Source: Desulfomonile tiedjei (GTDB lineage Bacteria > Desulfobacterota > Desulfomonilia > Desulfomonilales > Desulfomonilaceae). Taken from it: a stretch of 64,000 bases of DNA. The notes beneath the pieces were generated by a model. That model ran no database searches. It saw only the letters and a list, made by a program, of their open reading frames with translations, and was not told where the DNA came from. This document shows positions 1 through 9,630 of this stretch, piece by piece. Position numbers and translations under genes: made by a program. The first letter of the stretch is position 1. Each line of letters begins with the position of its first letter. Location: contig JACRDG010000054.1 of NCBI GenBank assembly GCA_016218715.1, positions 13,940-77,939 of the forward strand, read 5' to 3'.

Positions 1-533
1 CGCTCGTGAGCCACTGATATATCAGCTTCCTGCACGTCACGCGGTAGGCTTAGGTGCACCGGGCCCCTTCGCCGACCGAACATGGTCAACAGCGCTTCCC
101 GAAAGTGGTGATTCAGCAAACGCGGATTCTCTATGCTGAGTGACATGGCGGTGACGGATCGGAGAATCTCGGTGTCGTTGAAGCTCGATGCGCTTGCGTC
201 TTGAAACTGACCGAGTCCTTCCATGAAGGTTGCAACTTCTCCGCTGAGCACAAGCACGGGAGAGGTATCGGTCCAGGCAGTTGAGACCGCAGTCGTCATG
301 TTCGTCAAACCAGGCCCGCCAATGGCCATGCATGCGCCAAAATTCCCGCTCGCGCGGGAATATCCGTCGGCCATATAGCAGGCGCCTCCCTCTTGAGCCG
401 CGATAATGGGCTTGATCAGGGGAGTGTGTTCGAAAGCGCTCAAGAACGGATCTATCAAGCCGCCGGGAACACAAAACAGCGCTTCAATCCCTTCAGCAGC
501 AAGCGCTTTTAGTATGTAATCAGTCCCCTTCAT
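1..533 (-). CDS. Thiamine-diphosphate-dependent enzyme, N-terminal domain (acetolactate-synthase-large-subunit-like); 3' part lies beyond the window edge
   Basis: My own translation from ATG at 533, with AAGGAGGAGGA just upstream: MKGTDYILKALAAEGIEALFCVPGG...AAQEGGACYMADGYSRASG...IGGPGLTNMTTAV...PVLVLSGE. The frame stays open to position 1. It is absent from the ORF track because it has no stop in the window. The listed 37..474 ORF is an out-of-frame shadow. Confidence 0.8.
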   Translation of the reverse strand, partial: MKGTDYILKALAAEGIEALFCVPGGLIDPFLSAFEHTPLIKPIIAAQEGGACYMADGYSRASGNFGACMAIGGPGLTNMTTAVSTAWTDTSPVLVLSGEVATFMEGLGQFQDASASSFNDTEILRSVTAMSLSIENPRLLNHHFREALLTMFGRRRGPVHLSLPRDVQEADISVAHE

Positions 534-804
534 GGTGTCCTCCTCCTTATCGGTTTGAGCGAGCGAGTCGCGACCTTTATCCGGCATTATGCCGAGGCCT
601 TGCCATTTCGGAGGTCTTTGCGACAATAACGAGAGCAGGGACACTCCTTTGAGGCCCAAAAGATCCCTGAGTGGCCACCCCTATGGGCAGCGAGGGAGGA
701 CCGCCTATCCCTCATGCCCGACCCTCTTGCTTATGAATATATCATGATACGTGACGTCGCGGAAAACTGCGCAGATCCGGCCTGGGAGTGAACTTGTCAG
801 CAGC

Positions 805-3800
805 TTAAAGGTGACCACTATCCAGTACTCTCCTTATGGTACCGAGGATGTCCTTTGCATCGTACGGTTTGCTGACGAATCCTTTTGCACCTCTGCCCTT
901 TTGGTCGCGCGTCAGGCCGTTTGAAGAATACCCACTCGCAACCAGGACGCTGACATCCGGATCGACACGCAACAGTTCTTCCAGGCAACGATGGCCGCCC
1001 ATTCCCGGCATGATAAGGTCCAAGATTATCAGGGCAATTTCCTCCCTGTGAACGGTGTACTTCTCCAATGCCTCTTCTCCGCTGCACGCGGTGATCACCT
1101 GATAACCTCCCATCTCAATCATGTGCCGTCCCATCTCGCGAATCCGGTCATCGTCATCGACAAGGAGAATGGTCTCCGTCCCAAACGCGGGCATTTCCCT
1201 TGTCAACGTCAAATCGGGGATAAGCTCGGTAGCAGACACGGGCAAGTAGATCTTGAAGGATGTCCCTCTTCCGGGTTCGCTGTAGCATCTGATGTACCCT
1301 CCGTGCTGGGACACTATGCCGTGGACCATGGACAAGCCAAGGCCCGTGCCTCCAGCACTGGTCTTCGTGGTGAAAAAGGGTTCGAATATTCGGTCCAGTA
1401 CGTCGGGTTCTATGCCCACACCAGTGTCCGAGACGGAGAGGAGAACATACTTGCCCTTCTTAGCATCAAGGTGGGTCCTCAGGTATTCGTCGCTCAGGGA
1501 AACGTTGCTCGTTTCTATCAGGAGCCGTCCTCCAGCCGGCATGGCGTGCTGTGCGTTGACTCCTAGATTGAGCATTACTTGCTCGATCTGCGCTGGGTCA
1601 GCATCAACAATTCTGAGATCATCAGCGAGCAGCAGATCGATTTGGATCATCCGAGGGAGTGTACGAAGGAGAAGTTTTCCCACTCTACGGATCTCGTCAT
1701 TTAAGTCTATCGGGCGGATCTTCGATTCACTTTTCCGACTGAACGTGAGTATCCGCCCTACGAGATCGGCTCCGTCTCGTGCAGCGTGCTGAATGACTTC
1801 CAGCTTCTTCCGGTCAGGGTCTCCCGGCAATTTCTTCATAAGGAGAATATCTGAATAACCCAAGATGGCCTGGAGCAGGTTATTGAAATCATGCGCAATT
1901 CCACCGGCTAAGGTCCCGACTGCCTCCATCTTTTGTGCATGAAAAAGCTGCTTCGAAAGCGCCAACTGATCAGTAATGTCGCGTTTCATCCCAACGAAGT
2001 TTGTTATCGCGCCCGATGCGTCCCGCACCGGCGATATAGTGGCTTCCTCGGTGTAGAGGGTTCCGTCCTTCCTCTTGTTTACAAATCTCCCTGTCCAGAC
2101 GTCCCCACTCTTTATGGTTTGCCATAGGTGTTCGTAGAATGCCTTGTCCTGCACTCCGCTCTTGAGGACGCGAGGGTTATTGCCCAGAAGCTCTTCTCTT
2201 GCGTACCCCGTCATCCTCCCCAACGACGGGTTCACGTACTGGATCGTGCCATCTGTGTCCGTGATGACCACACCTTCTGCCGCGTACTCCAACGCGGTTG
2301 CGGAGCGTCGCTGGGCCAACTCGGAGTGCCTGGCCTCTGCAATCTTCCACACGGAATCCATGAGCAAAGCGAGTTGCCGCACATCACTTTCATCATAATC
2401 CGTGGCCTTGTTAGCGACCCCGATCACAGCCACGATCCTGTCTCTCCAGAAGACCGGGATTGTCATAAAATTGTGCAGTTCAACATGACCGCTTGGGTAG
2501 CCCTTTTTCAAGGGATTGGGCGCCTGGAAGTCATTCACGACGATCGGCTTGCGTTGTTTTACCGCTTCCCCCCACATGCCAGTCTTCTCGACTTCGTACA
2601 CTGTTTGCGGCTCAGCGACTTCACACTCTTTCATCACCTGCTTTGACCAGGAGTTCAGCTCTAAGAGGTTCTTTTCCTCATCGTAGAAGTAGATGTACCC
2701 CACTTCGCTTTCCGTCAGCTTTACGGCTTCGTTTAGGGTGAAATCCAGAACACCCTGAATGCTTTCCGCTGGATGTTGAGATATGTCGTAAAGACTCTGC
2801 AACCGGGCTTCATTAAGTCTAATCTGCTTCTCCGCACGCTTGCGTTCGGAGATATCCATCGCTGTGAACACCATCCCATGCGACAGATCTCCTGGAACAA
2901 CAGCCGATGAACTCAGTAAGACATCGAACGCCGAGCCGTCTTTTCGCTGAAAGCGAGTCTCTACCGACCCCGTTCCGTGTCTGATGACATCCGGATGCTT
3001 CTCCCTCCCAACACGCAGGAACTCTTCCTCAGTCTCGTAAAGGATTCTCGCACTCTGTCCGGCGAGTTCCTCCCTGGAATATCCCAACATGGTGCACAGA
3101 AGCTGATTAGTCCATCCCAGGGTACGGTTTGCGCTCACCTGGCCAATACCGACGGGAGCCGCCTGTAACAGGCTCCGCAATGTTGCTTCACTTTTTCGGA
3201 GAGCTTCCTCCGCCTCCTTCCAGTCCTCCACATCTCTTGTGACCGAGAGGATATGAGGCTCTCCGCCGAGGACAATGATACGGGCCGACATAAGACCGGT
3301 CCGAACGCGGCCATCTTTGAGGCGGAATTGGGCTTCAAGGTTCCGTACCTGTCCGTCCTCCTTGAGCCCTGCAAAAAGGCGTTCTCTATCCGCCGGGTCG
3401 TCCCAGATGTTGATCTCCAAAGAGGATTTTCCGATCACATCCTCTCTCGTGTATCCTGTAAGTTCGGTAAAGCCCATATTGATGTCAACGCACAGTCCGT
3501 CATCGAGACGATTGATATTCACCGCATCGGGACTGGTATGGAACGCGTTCCGAAAACGCTCCTCACTCTCCTGGAGGGCCTCCTCCGCACGCCTGCGCTC
3601 GGTTATGTCCAGCATTGTTATCAGGTTAGCAGGGCGTCCCTGGAATTGGACAGTTTTGGAAAATATGTCCACCCATTTGGTGATGCCGGATTTTGTGATG
3701 ATCCGAAATGAGTAGTGCGGCACCTGGTCTGCGTCGCCCGCCTGTTTCATGCGGGCCTGCCGCAGGACGAGCGAACGGTCGTCTGGATGCGCAAGGTCGA

Positions 3801-5853
3801 GGAATTGCTCGGGCCGCCACCCAAGAATCTCGTCCACCGAATACTCGAGGAGGGAGGCCATGGCCTCGTTGGCGTAGTGGTAAACCCCATCCTGCAAGAT
3901 AGCTACCGACATAAGTGATTGCTCTGAGAGCAGCCTGAAAATCTGTTGACTTTCAGAGAGGGCGATCTCCATACGCTTACGGTCGCTTATGTCTCTCACG
4001 ATTCCTTCGACACCGGCTGTGGTGCCGTCTCTATTCTTGAAAAGTCTCGCACTGGTAGAAATCCATACAACTCCACCATTCTTGTGCTTGAGTCTCGTCT
4101 GGAAATCGTTGACGAAACCATTTTCGACTATGAGTTCCACGAAGTCTATCCTATCAGACGGATTGACGTAGAGTTCGGCTACATTTAGACCTACCCACTC
4201 TTCAGGTTTGAAACCCAGAACCCTCTCCAAAGCCGGAGAGAGAAAAATCAGCGTTCCATCCATGGTGGCGCGGTAGAAGACATCCTGGAGGTTGTCGATG
4301 ATACGGCGGAACTCTTCTTCGCTCTCACGAAGCTGCTCCTCAGCGTGCCAGCGTTCAGTGATGTCCTCACACGTCATCAAGTGGTGGCCCGCAAGGAGTT
4401 GTGCCGGCCTGAAGTGTATCACCTTGTCTGTACCGTCTTTGCACTTTACTGTGAATATATGGGGACGTTGTTCTCCCGGCGGGGCTTCACGGCAGTCTTC
4501 GACCCAAGCGGAGATCGCTTCTCTCCTCAGGCGGGGCTCGGGAAAAGCCTTACGAAACCATTGACGCCCGTTGGGCACTTCTTCCAGAGAGTAACCAAAC
4601 GTTTCCAAGAAGTTCGGATTGGCATACCGAAATCCCCCGTCTTTATCTATAATGACCAAGCCAAAAGGGGCATTCTCGACAAGCTTCTGAAACTGTTGCT
4701 TCTCGATTTGCAGGAGGTCTTCCGCCTTCTTCAAATCTGAGATATCTCTCATCGTTCCAATCATCCCAACGGGTTTGCCTTGGCGGTCCCTGAGCAGGGA
4801 ATTGTGCATCAGAGTCGGAAAAGGCGTGCCATCCCGCCGCACATGCCAGACCTCCCCCTTGAACTGCCCTGTCTCGCGAACAAGGCGGTTCGCGGCTGCC
4901 ACCTGCGGCATCTGGTCCTCGGTGTGGAAAACGGACAGGTGGCTGCCTTTGAGTTCATCAGGGGAGTACCCGTGCATGTCCGCGAAAGCACTATTGAGGA
5001 ATGTGATATTGCCATCCAGGTCTACCACTGCGATTCCTTCATGACTCTGTTCAATCGCTTCCCCAAGCAGTCTGATTTCCTCTTGAGCCCGTTTCTGGTC
5101 CGTTACATCTCGGACCCACACTTGAACTCCGCTTTCTCCCTCAAACAGGACTGCCTTTGCTCTTATCTCTCCTTCGAGAGACTTTCCCTCTTTTGATTGA
5201 AGTTTGACCTCATAATGGTCGATCACGCTTTCACCGCGCAATCGTGCCTGCGCTCTCTCACGGACCATCGGCTGATGTTCGGGGTGATAGATGATCCAAT
5301 GGTCCTTTCCAATGAGTTCCCCCGGTTCGTAGCCCAACATTTCGTGGAGAAGAGAATTAGCGAATACGATCTCTGTGCCTTTCTGGACAAAGATCCCATC
5401 AAAGCTGTCCTCGACAAGGGTCCTGTATCTCTGCTCGCTCTCCCTCACCCGTTTGTCAGCCGCATGCTTTAGGAGGGCTGTATCTACCTTACTTTTCAGC
5501 TCCAGTAACGTGGCGGTCTTGGCCACATACCCATAAGGCTGAGTCGTCTTGACTCTGTCCAGCAGGTCCTCCTCAGTGTACCCTGTGAGGTAGACCACAG
5601 GAATATCGAATCGATTACAAATCCGCTCGGCAGCCTCTACCCCGTCGATCCTTCCTTCGATCTCGATGTCCATGAGAAGGAGATCGGGCTTGAACTCTTC
5701 CGTGGCTCGAACGGCCTCTTCTCCTTTAGACACCACCCCTGTTACCTCATGGCCGAGATTCCTCAGAGTTCGGGCCATTTCTTCGCCGAGCTGGGTGTCG
5801 TCCGCCCAGATTAGGATTCTTGGCGCCGCGGTATTCCTCCGTTCATCGGTCAT
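805..5853 (-). CDS. Hybrid sensor histidine kinase: REC - long PAS/PAC array - GAF - PAS - HisKA - HATPase_c - REC
   Basis: 1682-aa ORF; ATG 5853 is preceded by AGGAGGGGGG. N-terminal receiver (ILIWADD...DLLLMDIEI). Roughly 7-9 PAS modules. One GAF (YIYFYDEEKNLLELNSW...IPVFWRDRIVAVIGVANK). H-box GGIAHDFNNLL, ATPase motifs DTGVGI / GTGLGLSMV, and a C-terminal receiver (ILLVDDDD...LDLIMPGMGG...SKPY). Confidence 0.9.
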   Translation of the reverse strand: MTDERRNTAAPRILIWADDTQLGEEMARTLRNLGHEVTGVVSKGEEAVRATEEFKPDLLLMDIEIEGRIDGVEAAERICNRFDIPVVYLTGYTEEDLLDRVKTTQPYGYVAKTATLLELKSKVDTALLKHAADKRVRESEQRYRTLVEDSFDGIFVQKGTEIVFANSLLHEMLGYEPGELIGKDHWIIYHPEHQPMVRERAQARLRGESVIDHYEVKLQSKEGKSLEGEIRAKAVLFEGESGVQVWVRDVTDQKRAQEEIRLLGEAIEQSHEGIAVVDLDGNITFLNSAFADMHGYSPDELKGSHLSVFHTEDQMPQVAAANRLVRETGQFKGEVWHVRRDGTPFPTLMHNSLLRDRQGKPVGMIGTMRDISDLKKAEDLLQIEKQQFQKLVENAPFGLVIIDKDGGFRYANPNFLETFGYSLEEVPNGRQWFRKAFPEPRLRREAISAWVEDCREAPPGEQRPHIFTVKCKDGTDKVIHFRPAQLLAGHHLMTCEDITERWHAEEQLRESEEEFRRIIDNLQDVFYRATMDGTLIFLSPALERVLGFKPEEWVGLNVAELYVNPSDRIDFVELIVENGFVNDFQTRLKHKNGGVVWISTSARLFKNRDGTTAGVEGIVRDISDRKRMEIALSESQQIFRLLSEQSLMSVAILQDGVYHYANEAMASLLEYSVDEILGWRPEQFLDLAHPDDRSLVLRQARMKQAGDADQVPHYSFRIITKSGITKWVDIFSKTVQFQGRPANLITMLDITERRRAEEALQESEERFRNAFHTSPDAVNINRLDDGLCVDINMGFTELTGYTREDVIGKSSLEINIWDDPADRERLFAGLKEDGQVRNLEAQFRLKDGRVRTGLMSARIIVLGGEPHILSVTRDVEDWKEAEEALRKSEATLRSLLQAAPVGIGQVSANRTLGWTNQLLCTMLGYSREELAGQSARILYETEEEFLRVGREKHPDVIRHGTGSVETRFQRKDGSAFDVLLSSSAVVPGDLSHGMVFTAMDISERKRAEKQIRLNEARLQSLYDISQHPAESIQGVLDFTLNEAVKLTESEVGYIYFYDEEKNLLELNSWSKQVMKECEVAEPQTVYEVEKTGMWGEAVKQRKPIVVNDFQAPNPLKKGYPSGHVELHNFMTIPVFWRDRIVAVIGVANKATDYDESDVRQLALLMDSVWKIAEARHSELAQRRSATALEYAAEGVVITDTDGTIQYVNPSLGRMTGYAREELLGNNPRVLKSGVQDKAFYEHLWQTIKSGDVWTGRFVNKRKDGTLYTEEATISPVRDASGAITNFVGMKRDITDQLALSKQLFHAQKMEAVGTLAGGIAHDFNNLLQAILGYSDILLMKKLPGDPDRKKLEVIQHAARDGADLVGRILTFSRKSESKIRPIDLNDEIRRVGKLLLRTLPRMIQIDLLLADDLRIVDADPAQIEQVMLNLGVNAQHAMPAGGRLLIETSNVSLSDEYLRTHLDAKKGKYVLLSVSDTGVGIEPDVLDRIFEPFFTTKTSAGGTGLGLSMVHGIVSQHGGYIRCYSEPGRGTSFKIYLPVSATELIPDLTLTREMPAFGTETILLVDDDDRIREMGRHMIEMGGYQVITACSGEEALEKYTVHREEIALIILDLIMPGMGGHRCLEELLRVDPDVSVLVASGYSSNGLTRDQKGRGAKGFVSKPYDAKDILGTIRRVLDSGHL

Positions 5854-6034
5854 GAGAAGGTGCCCCCCTCCTGGAGCTATTCTGGGTCAGCGCGGTGGAA
5901 GTGTCGTCTATTTCCCCAATATGAGGGTACCCTCAAGTCGGTAGGGCGTCAAGAAGATTTCCGGCGTGAGGAACCCTACCGGAACGGCCGGGCGGATACT
6001 CGGCGGTCGCGTCGGACTCTCGAATTCAGGCACT

Positions 6035-6189
6035 TCTCATTCGCGATTAAACAAGTGGTACTGCCGGTGGGCGTTCCTGGGAGGTCTCCGGAGCGCAGTC
6101 AGGCCGTGCCTTCCGTAGCGGAGGAGACCTCCCAGGAGAAGCCCTTGGGAGGCTCCTCGAATATCACCGGTTATAAAGCGAATCGGTAT
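6035..6189 (+). repeat. Copy A of a ~155-bp nested-palindrome intergenic element (core in forward orientation)
   Basis: The core is CCTGGGAGGTCTCC-N33-GGAGACCTCCCAGG. Outer degenerate arms end in ...AAGCGAATCGGTAT. The same core occurs at 10756, 24209 and 44761. Spurious ORFs over all copies share the peptide GRSPERSQAVP. Confidence 0.75.
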
Positions 6190-6207
6190 CAGAAGCCGCG
6201 GCATGAG

Positions 6208-6915
6208 CTATGGCTTCTTGCCCACCGTGACCAGGACGATGGGCCGCACCTCTGATGGGAGCTGGAGTGCCTTATACAGGTCTTCGTCTCTGATTCCGCC
6301 CACCGTATTGGTCTCTAATCCGAGGGCTCGCGCTTGGAGCAGAATGTTCTGGTTGGCGTTTCCAGCTTCCATGACTCCGAAATTGATCCCTCGCTCCGGA
6401 CCGGACGTTGCCTCGGCACGGGTAAAGACAGCGCCGACAATCACAGAAACAGGGGCCTTAGCGATCCACGACTGCCCTTTGCATGCGGAAGACATGGGCT
6501 TGCGACGGTCTCCGTCAGCTATTTTCCGCAAGGCGTGATGTTCGGGTTCGTAATGATACACTCCTGCGGCAAGGTGTTGCGCCGTACCTTCTCCGCAGAC
6601 CAGGTACAGCTCGATCGGATACGTCTTGCGAGCCGATGGGATCACTCTCTTTGTGGCACCCGAGACCGCGTCCGTAGGGATAATGCCATTACCGGCCCAC
6701 AGGAGTTGCCCCACATCGGCGATGGTGAGAGGGTCCGTTGAGTAGGCCCTGGCTGTGGTTCGGGTGGCCATTGCCTTTTCCACTGAGACACTCCCGTCCA
6801 GTGTTGGTCGTGGAAGTGCCGTCTCTGTCGCATGGCCAAGAGAACACGCCAAAGTTAGAGTCAGCGCACAGGAAACAGAGATCCGGGTGTATACGTGGAG
6901 CGCTCTGGAGCGCAT
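6208..6915 (-). CDS. Secreted nitroreductase-fold protein (SagB/ThcOx-type dehydrogenase family)
   Basis: ATG 6915 has GAGGAGG 8 nt upstream; the ORF-track start 6951 lies further upstream. Signal-like N-terminus MRSRALHVYTRISVSCALTLTLACSLGHA. The body (TARAYSTDPLTIADVGQLLWAGNGI...NQNILLQARALGL) looks nitroreductase/SagB-like. Confidence 0.7.
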   Translation of the reverse strand: MRSRALHVYTRISVSCALTLTLACSLGHATETALPRPTLDGSVSVEKAMATRTTARAYSTDPLTIADVGQLLWAGNGIIPTDAVSGATKRVIPSARKTYPIELYLVCGEGTAQHLAAGVYHYEPEHHALRKIADGDRRKPMSSACKGQSWIAKAPVSVIVGAVFTRAEATSGPERGINFGVMEAGNANQNILLQARALGLETNTVGGIRDEDLYKALQLPSEVRPIVLVTVGKKP

Positions 6916-6928
6916 GATTAATGCCTCC

Positions 6929-7495
6929 TCAAGGGTTGTTGACCTGACCAACGTCTAACCATTCAGCCAATGTGAACGCGTGATCCGGGTCCAGATGCTG
7001 CGTGGAGTACAGAAATGGCGTCCCCACCGAGGTAATGGTTCGCGCAATATCTTGATACTCTCTCTGCTCTCTCATGGTTGTGAGACACTCCGCTATCTCT
7101 TCTCGGGTGAGCCCAAAAGGCGGTTCCAGGAAGCTATCTACCGGGACAGGCCGAGGGTATAGCTGAGAATTTTCTCGAACGACCTCAGCTATCAGCCAAA
7201 GCGGGTTTTCCGATTTTCGCACCAGAATTCCAGCGTATGTTTCGCTCAGGCTCTGAGCAGAATAATAGTAAGGAATTCCATTCTTCCCCGAAATCGCCTT
7301 GAGGTCTCGATTTTCTTTCAACACTTGTTTGAGCGTGGTTTCCAAATGAGCTTTCTGCTCAACATCCTCTGATTCGAGAAACCCTTGTTCTTTTAATTCG
7401 GCCAGGATCTCCTCAACTCGAACAAGCTGCCCCGATTCACTTCTGGCGTGGATGATTTTTAGAATATTGGTGCAGATTTTTGGTTCTTGCTCCAT
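6929..7495 (-). CDS. Hypothetical protein in the AOR operon (same position as YdhW in E. coli ydhYVWXUT)
   Basis: 188-aa ORF with ordinary composition. It starts 9 nt after the AOR stop and ends 13 nt before the next start. I recognise no motif; the YdhW analogy is positional only. Confidence 0.6.
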   Translation of the reverse strand: MEQEPKICTNILKIIHARSESGQLVRVEEILAELKEQGFLESEDVEQKAHLETTLKQVLKENRDLKAISGKNGIPYYYSAQSLSETYAGILVRKSENPLWLIAEVVRENSQLYPRPVPVDSFLEPPFGLTREEIAECLTTMREQREYQDIARTITSVGTPFLYSTQHLDPDHAFTLAEWLDVGQVNNP

Positions 7496-7504
7496 TGTAG
7501 CCCC

Positions 7505-9610
7505 TTAGGTCAGTAGCCCTCGTTTGGCTAGCTCATCGGCCACAGTTTCCAGACCGAGTCTCCGGTATGTCTCTCTGGTGGGAGATCCGGTTTGTTTGTC
7601 CCAGGCCATCTCCTCGTAATACATGTCCATTGCTAACTTGATGTCGTCTCTATCCATGCGGATGGTGCCCTTGCTAAACGCGGCCCTGTCCTTGGGGTCC
7701 GCGAACACCCAGTGGGGGATCGTGTCGTGCTTAGTCCGCATCTCTTTCGTGCCCATGTCGCGAATGGTCAGAGCACGATGAAGCAGGAAAATCCGCTCTG
7801 CAACCTGATCAAGCTCTTGACGAGACTTTCTGTCGCCAGTAGCTAGGCTGTAGAGCAACGATTCGATGGAGTCTTCTCCCCTATAATCTCGCTCTCGTAG
7901 GGGCGAAGCAACCCATGGCCCCATCCAGTTGCAGAGGGACAGGCAGTCGTGCAATTCCTTTCTCAGAAGCGACCATTTCGCCATCTTGGCCTTGTAGACG
8001 TTCATCGGCGTGAAATCCGCAACTCCGTCTACCGCGTCAGGTGCTCCCCAAAGCTCGACCGCCAGCCTCTTTTGGACCTCTAGAGGCAATCCGTTTCGAG
8101 TGAAATTGCTGTGGGAATGGCATTGGGCATCACGATTGTATTGCGTGTTAATAATGACTCCGCATTGTCCGGCATCTTCGTTTGAATGATGTTTGGGGTG
8201 CCCAAACTTCCAGTAAAGGAGTTCATGGTTTTCCAGCCACTCCTGCTCCGGGATACCCCACCGTTCGAGAAGGTATCCGGTCCCCAACCCCAGTGCGGTA
8301 GCCAATTCGCCTTGCTTATTAGCGATCTTTGGAAGAAGTTCGAACAGGAATGTGGGATCTCCTTCTTCGTACTTGTCCCACGAATAGCTCTTGAATTCCT
8401 TCTCCGCCACCTTACGACCGAAAATGCCATTATAATACAGCGCTTGAAAATCGCGTTGCAGTTGACCGTAATTCTCCCAGATCCCAAGATCGTCTGCCAG
8501 ATGCATGCCGACCATACACGCCTCAATCGCGGTCTGGCCCCTGGGACCGTCGGGAAAGGTCTTAAAGAAGGCTTTGCCAAACAGTAGCCCGACGCAGGTG
8601 TTCTGCCCCACTTCCGGAATACCATATTTTGCGGCAACCGCCGGGACTTTGAGCATGGTATGGCAACGTATGGGGCAAGCTGTGCAGCCATTTCCTCTGA
8701 CCGTGTACTGCCAAGCCTTGTCGCCGAGAAAGAAGGCTGCATTGTTCGTTCGATATGCGATCCTATTGAGGTTGTGGGGCTCGCACGCACCCGTGTCGAT
8801 GTTCGGGTCCGAGGCGCCCCATCTCCGACCGGCCGAAGCCATCCATCGCGAACCCGCGTTGTAGTGTTCCGCCCACGGTTGAGGACTATTGGGGACCACG
8901 TTTTGGTTATTGGCTCCCAGAAGAGAAAGGTGCAATTTGATGGCCTTCTCCCATTCTTCTTTGTTCCCGGCGATACGGACACTGCCGGTCCCTCGAACAC
9001 CTATGGCTTTGAGGTTCTTAGACCCCATGACCCCGCCAACCCCGCCGGCGGAATGAGAATAGGAATTCATCACCACGGACATGGGCACCAAGTTCTCACC
9101 TGCTTGGCCAATGGCAGCCACCGTAGCCTCTGGTCCCATCTGCTGATTAATTTCAATTGTAGACCGCCGTATGCCCTGCCCCCAGAGTTGTCGGGCATCC
9201 TTGATTTCTGTCCTTCCATCCATAACTGAGAGCCACACCGGATGGTCAGCCTTGCCTTCAATGATGATGGCGTCATAACCGGCATACTTGAGCTCCGCTG
9301 CAAAGTGACCGCCCATATGACCACTCGCAACCAAGGGTCTGGGCCAACAAGTAGGCCACAAAGTTGTTATGGCAGTCCTTCCATTACAGGGAGCGCCCGT
9401 CCCGGCCAAAGGGCCAACTCCAAAGACGATCTTGTTCTCTGGATCAAAAGGTTTGGTTCCAGCCTGAACCTCGTCCCAAATAACCTTGTAGCCTATTCCG
9501 GTTCCGCCCAAATAGTCCTTATATTGCTCCACGGTATCATCAGTTGACATTCTCCCCGTCGATAGATCGACCCGCAGGACTTTGCCTGCCCATCCTCCGT
9601 ACTTTGCCAT
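7505..9610 (-). CDS. Aldehyde:ferredoxin-oxidoreductase-family W/Mo-pterin enzyme, 700 aa (YdhV-like)
   Basis: ATG 9610 has GGAGAGGAG upstream; the ORF-track start 9655 adds 15 codons. AOR-family hallmarks: MAKYGGWAGKVLRVDLSTG, LGGTGIG, AAIGQAGENLV, cluster motif GCTACPIRC, and DCLSLCNW. The length equals that of E. coli YdhV, not the ~600-aa archaeal AORs. Confidence 0.9.
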   Translation of the reverse strand: MAKYGGWAGKVLRVDLSTGRMSTDDTVEQYKDYLGGTGIGYKVIWDEVQAGTKPFDPENKIVFGVGPLAGTGAPCNGRTAITTLWPTCWPRPLVASGHMGGHFAAELKYAGYDAIIIEGKADHPVWLSVMDGRTEIKDARQLWGQGIRRSTIEINQQMGPEATVAAIGQAGENLVPMSVVMNSYSHSAGGVGGVMGSKNLKAIGVRGTGSVRIAGNKEEWEKAIKLHLSLLGANNQNVVPNSPQPWAEHYNAGSRWMASAGRRWGASDPNIDTGACEPHNLNRIAYRTNNAAFFLGDKAWQYTVRGNGCTACPIRCHTMLKVPAVAAKYGIPEVGQNTCVGLLFGKAFFKTFPDGPRGQTAIEACMVGMHLADDLGIWENYGQLQRDFQALYYNGIFGRKVAEKEFKSYSWDKYEEGDPTFLFELLPKIANKQGELATALGLGTGYLLERWGIPEQEWLENHELLYWKFGHPKHHSNEDAGQCGVIINTQYNRDAQCHSHSNFTRNGLPLEVQKRLAVELWGAPDAVDGVADFTPMNVYKAKMAKWSLLRKELHDCLSLCNWMGPWVASPLRERDYRGEDSIESLLYSLATGDRKSRQELDQVAERIFLLHRALTIRDMGTKEMRTKHDTIPHWVFADPKDRAAFSKGTIRMDRDDIKLAMDMYYEEMAWDKQTGSPTRETYRRLGLETVADELAKRGLLT

Positions 9611-9630
9611 AATTCTTAGTCTCCTCTCCG

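Noticed and set aside
37-474. 145-aa ORF from the track at the left edge
   Set aside because: Its Arg/His/Ser-rich product is out of frame with a clean TPP-enzyme reading frame. That frame starts at 533 with a strong SD and stays open to position 1.
8080-9000. 306-aa same-strand alternative frame inside the AOR gene
   Set aside because: The overlapping 700-aa frame carries all the AOR motifs. This frame is Arg/Ser/Pro/Thr-rich with no SD.
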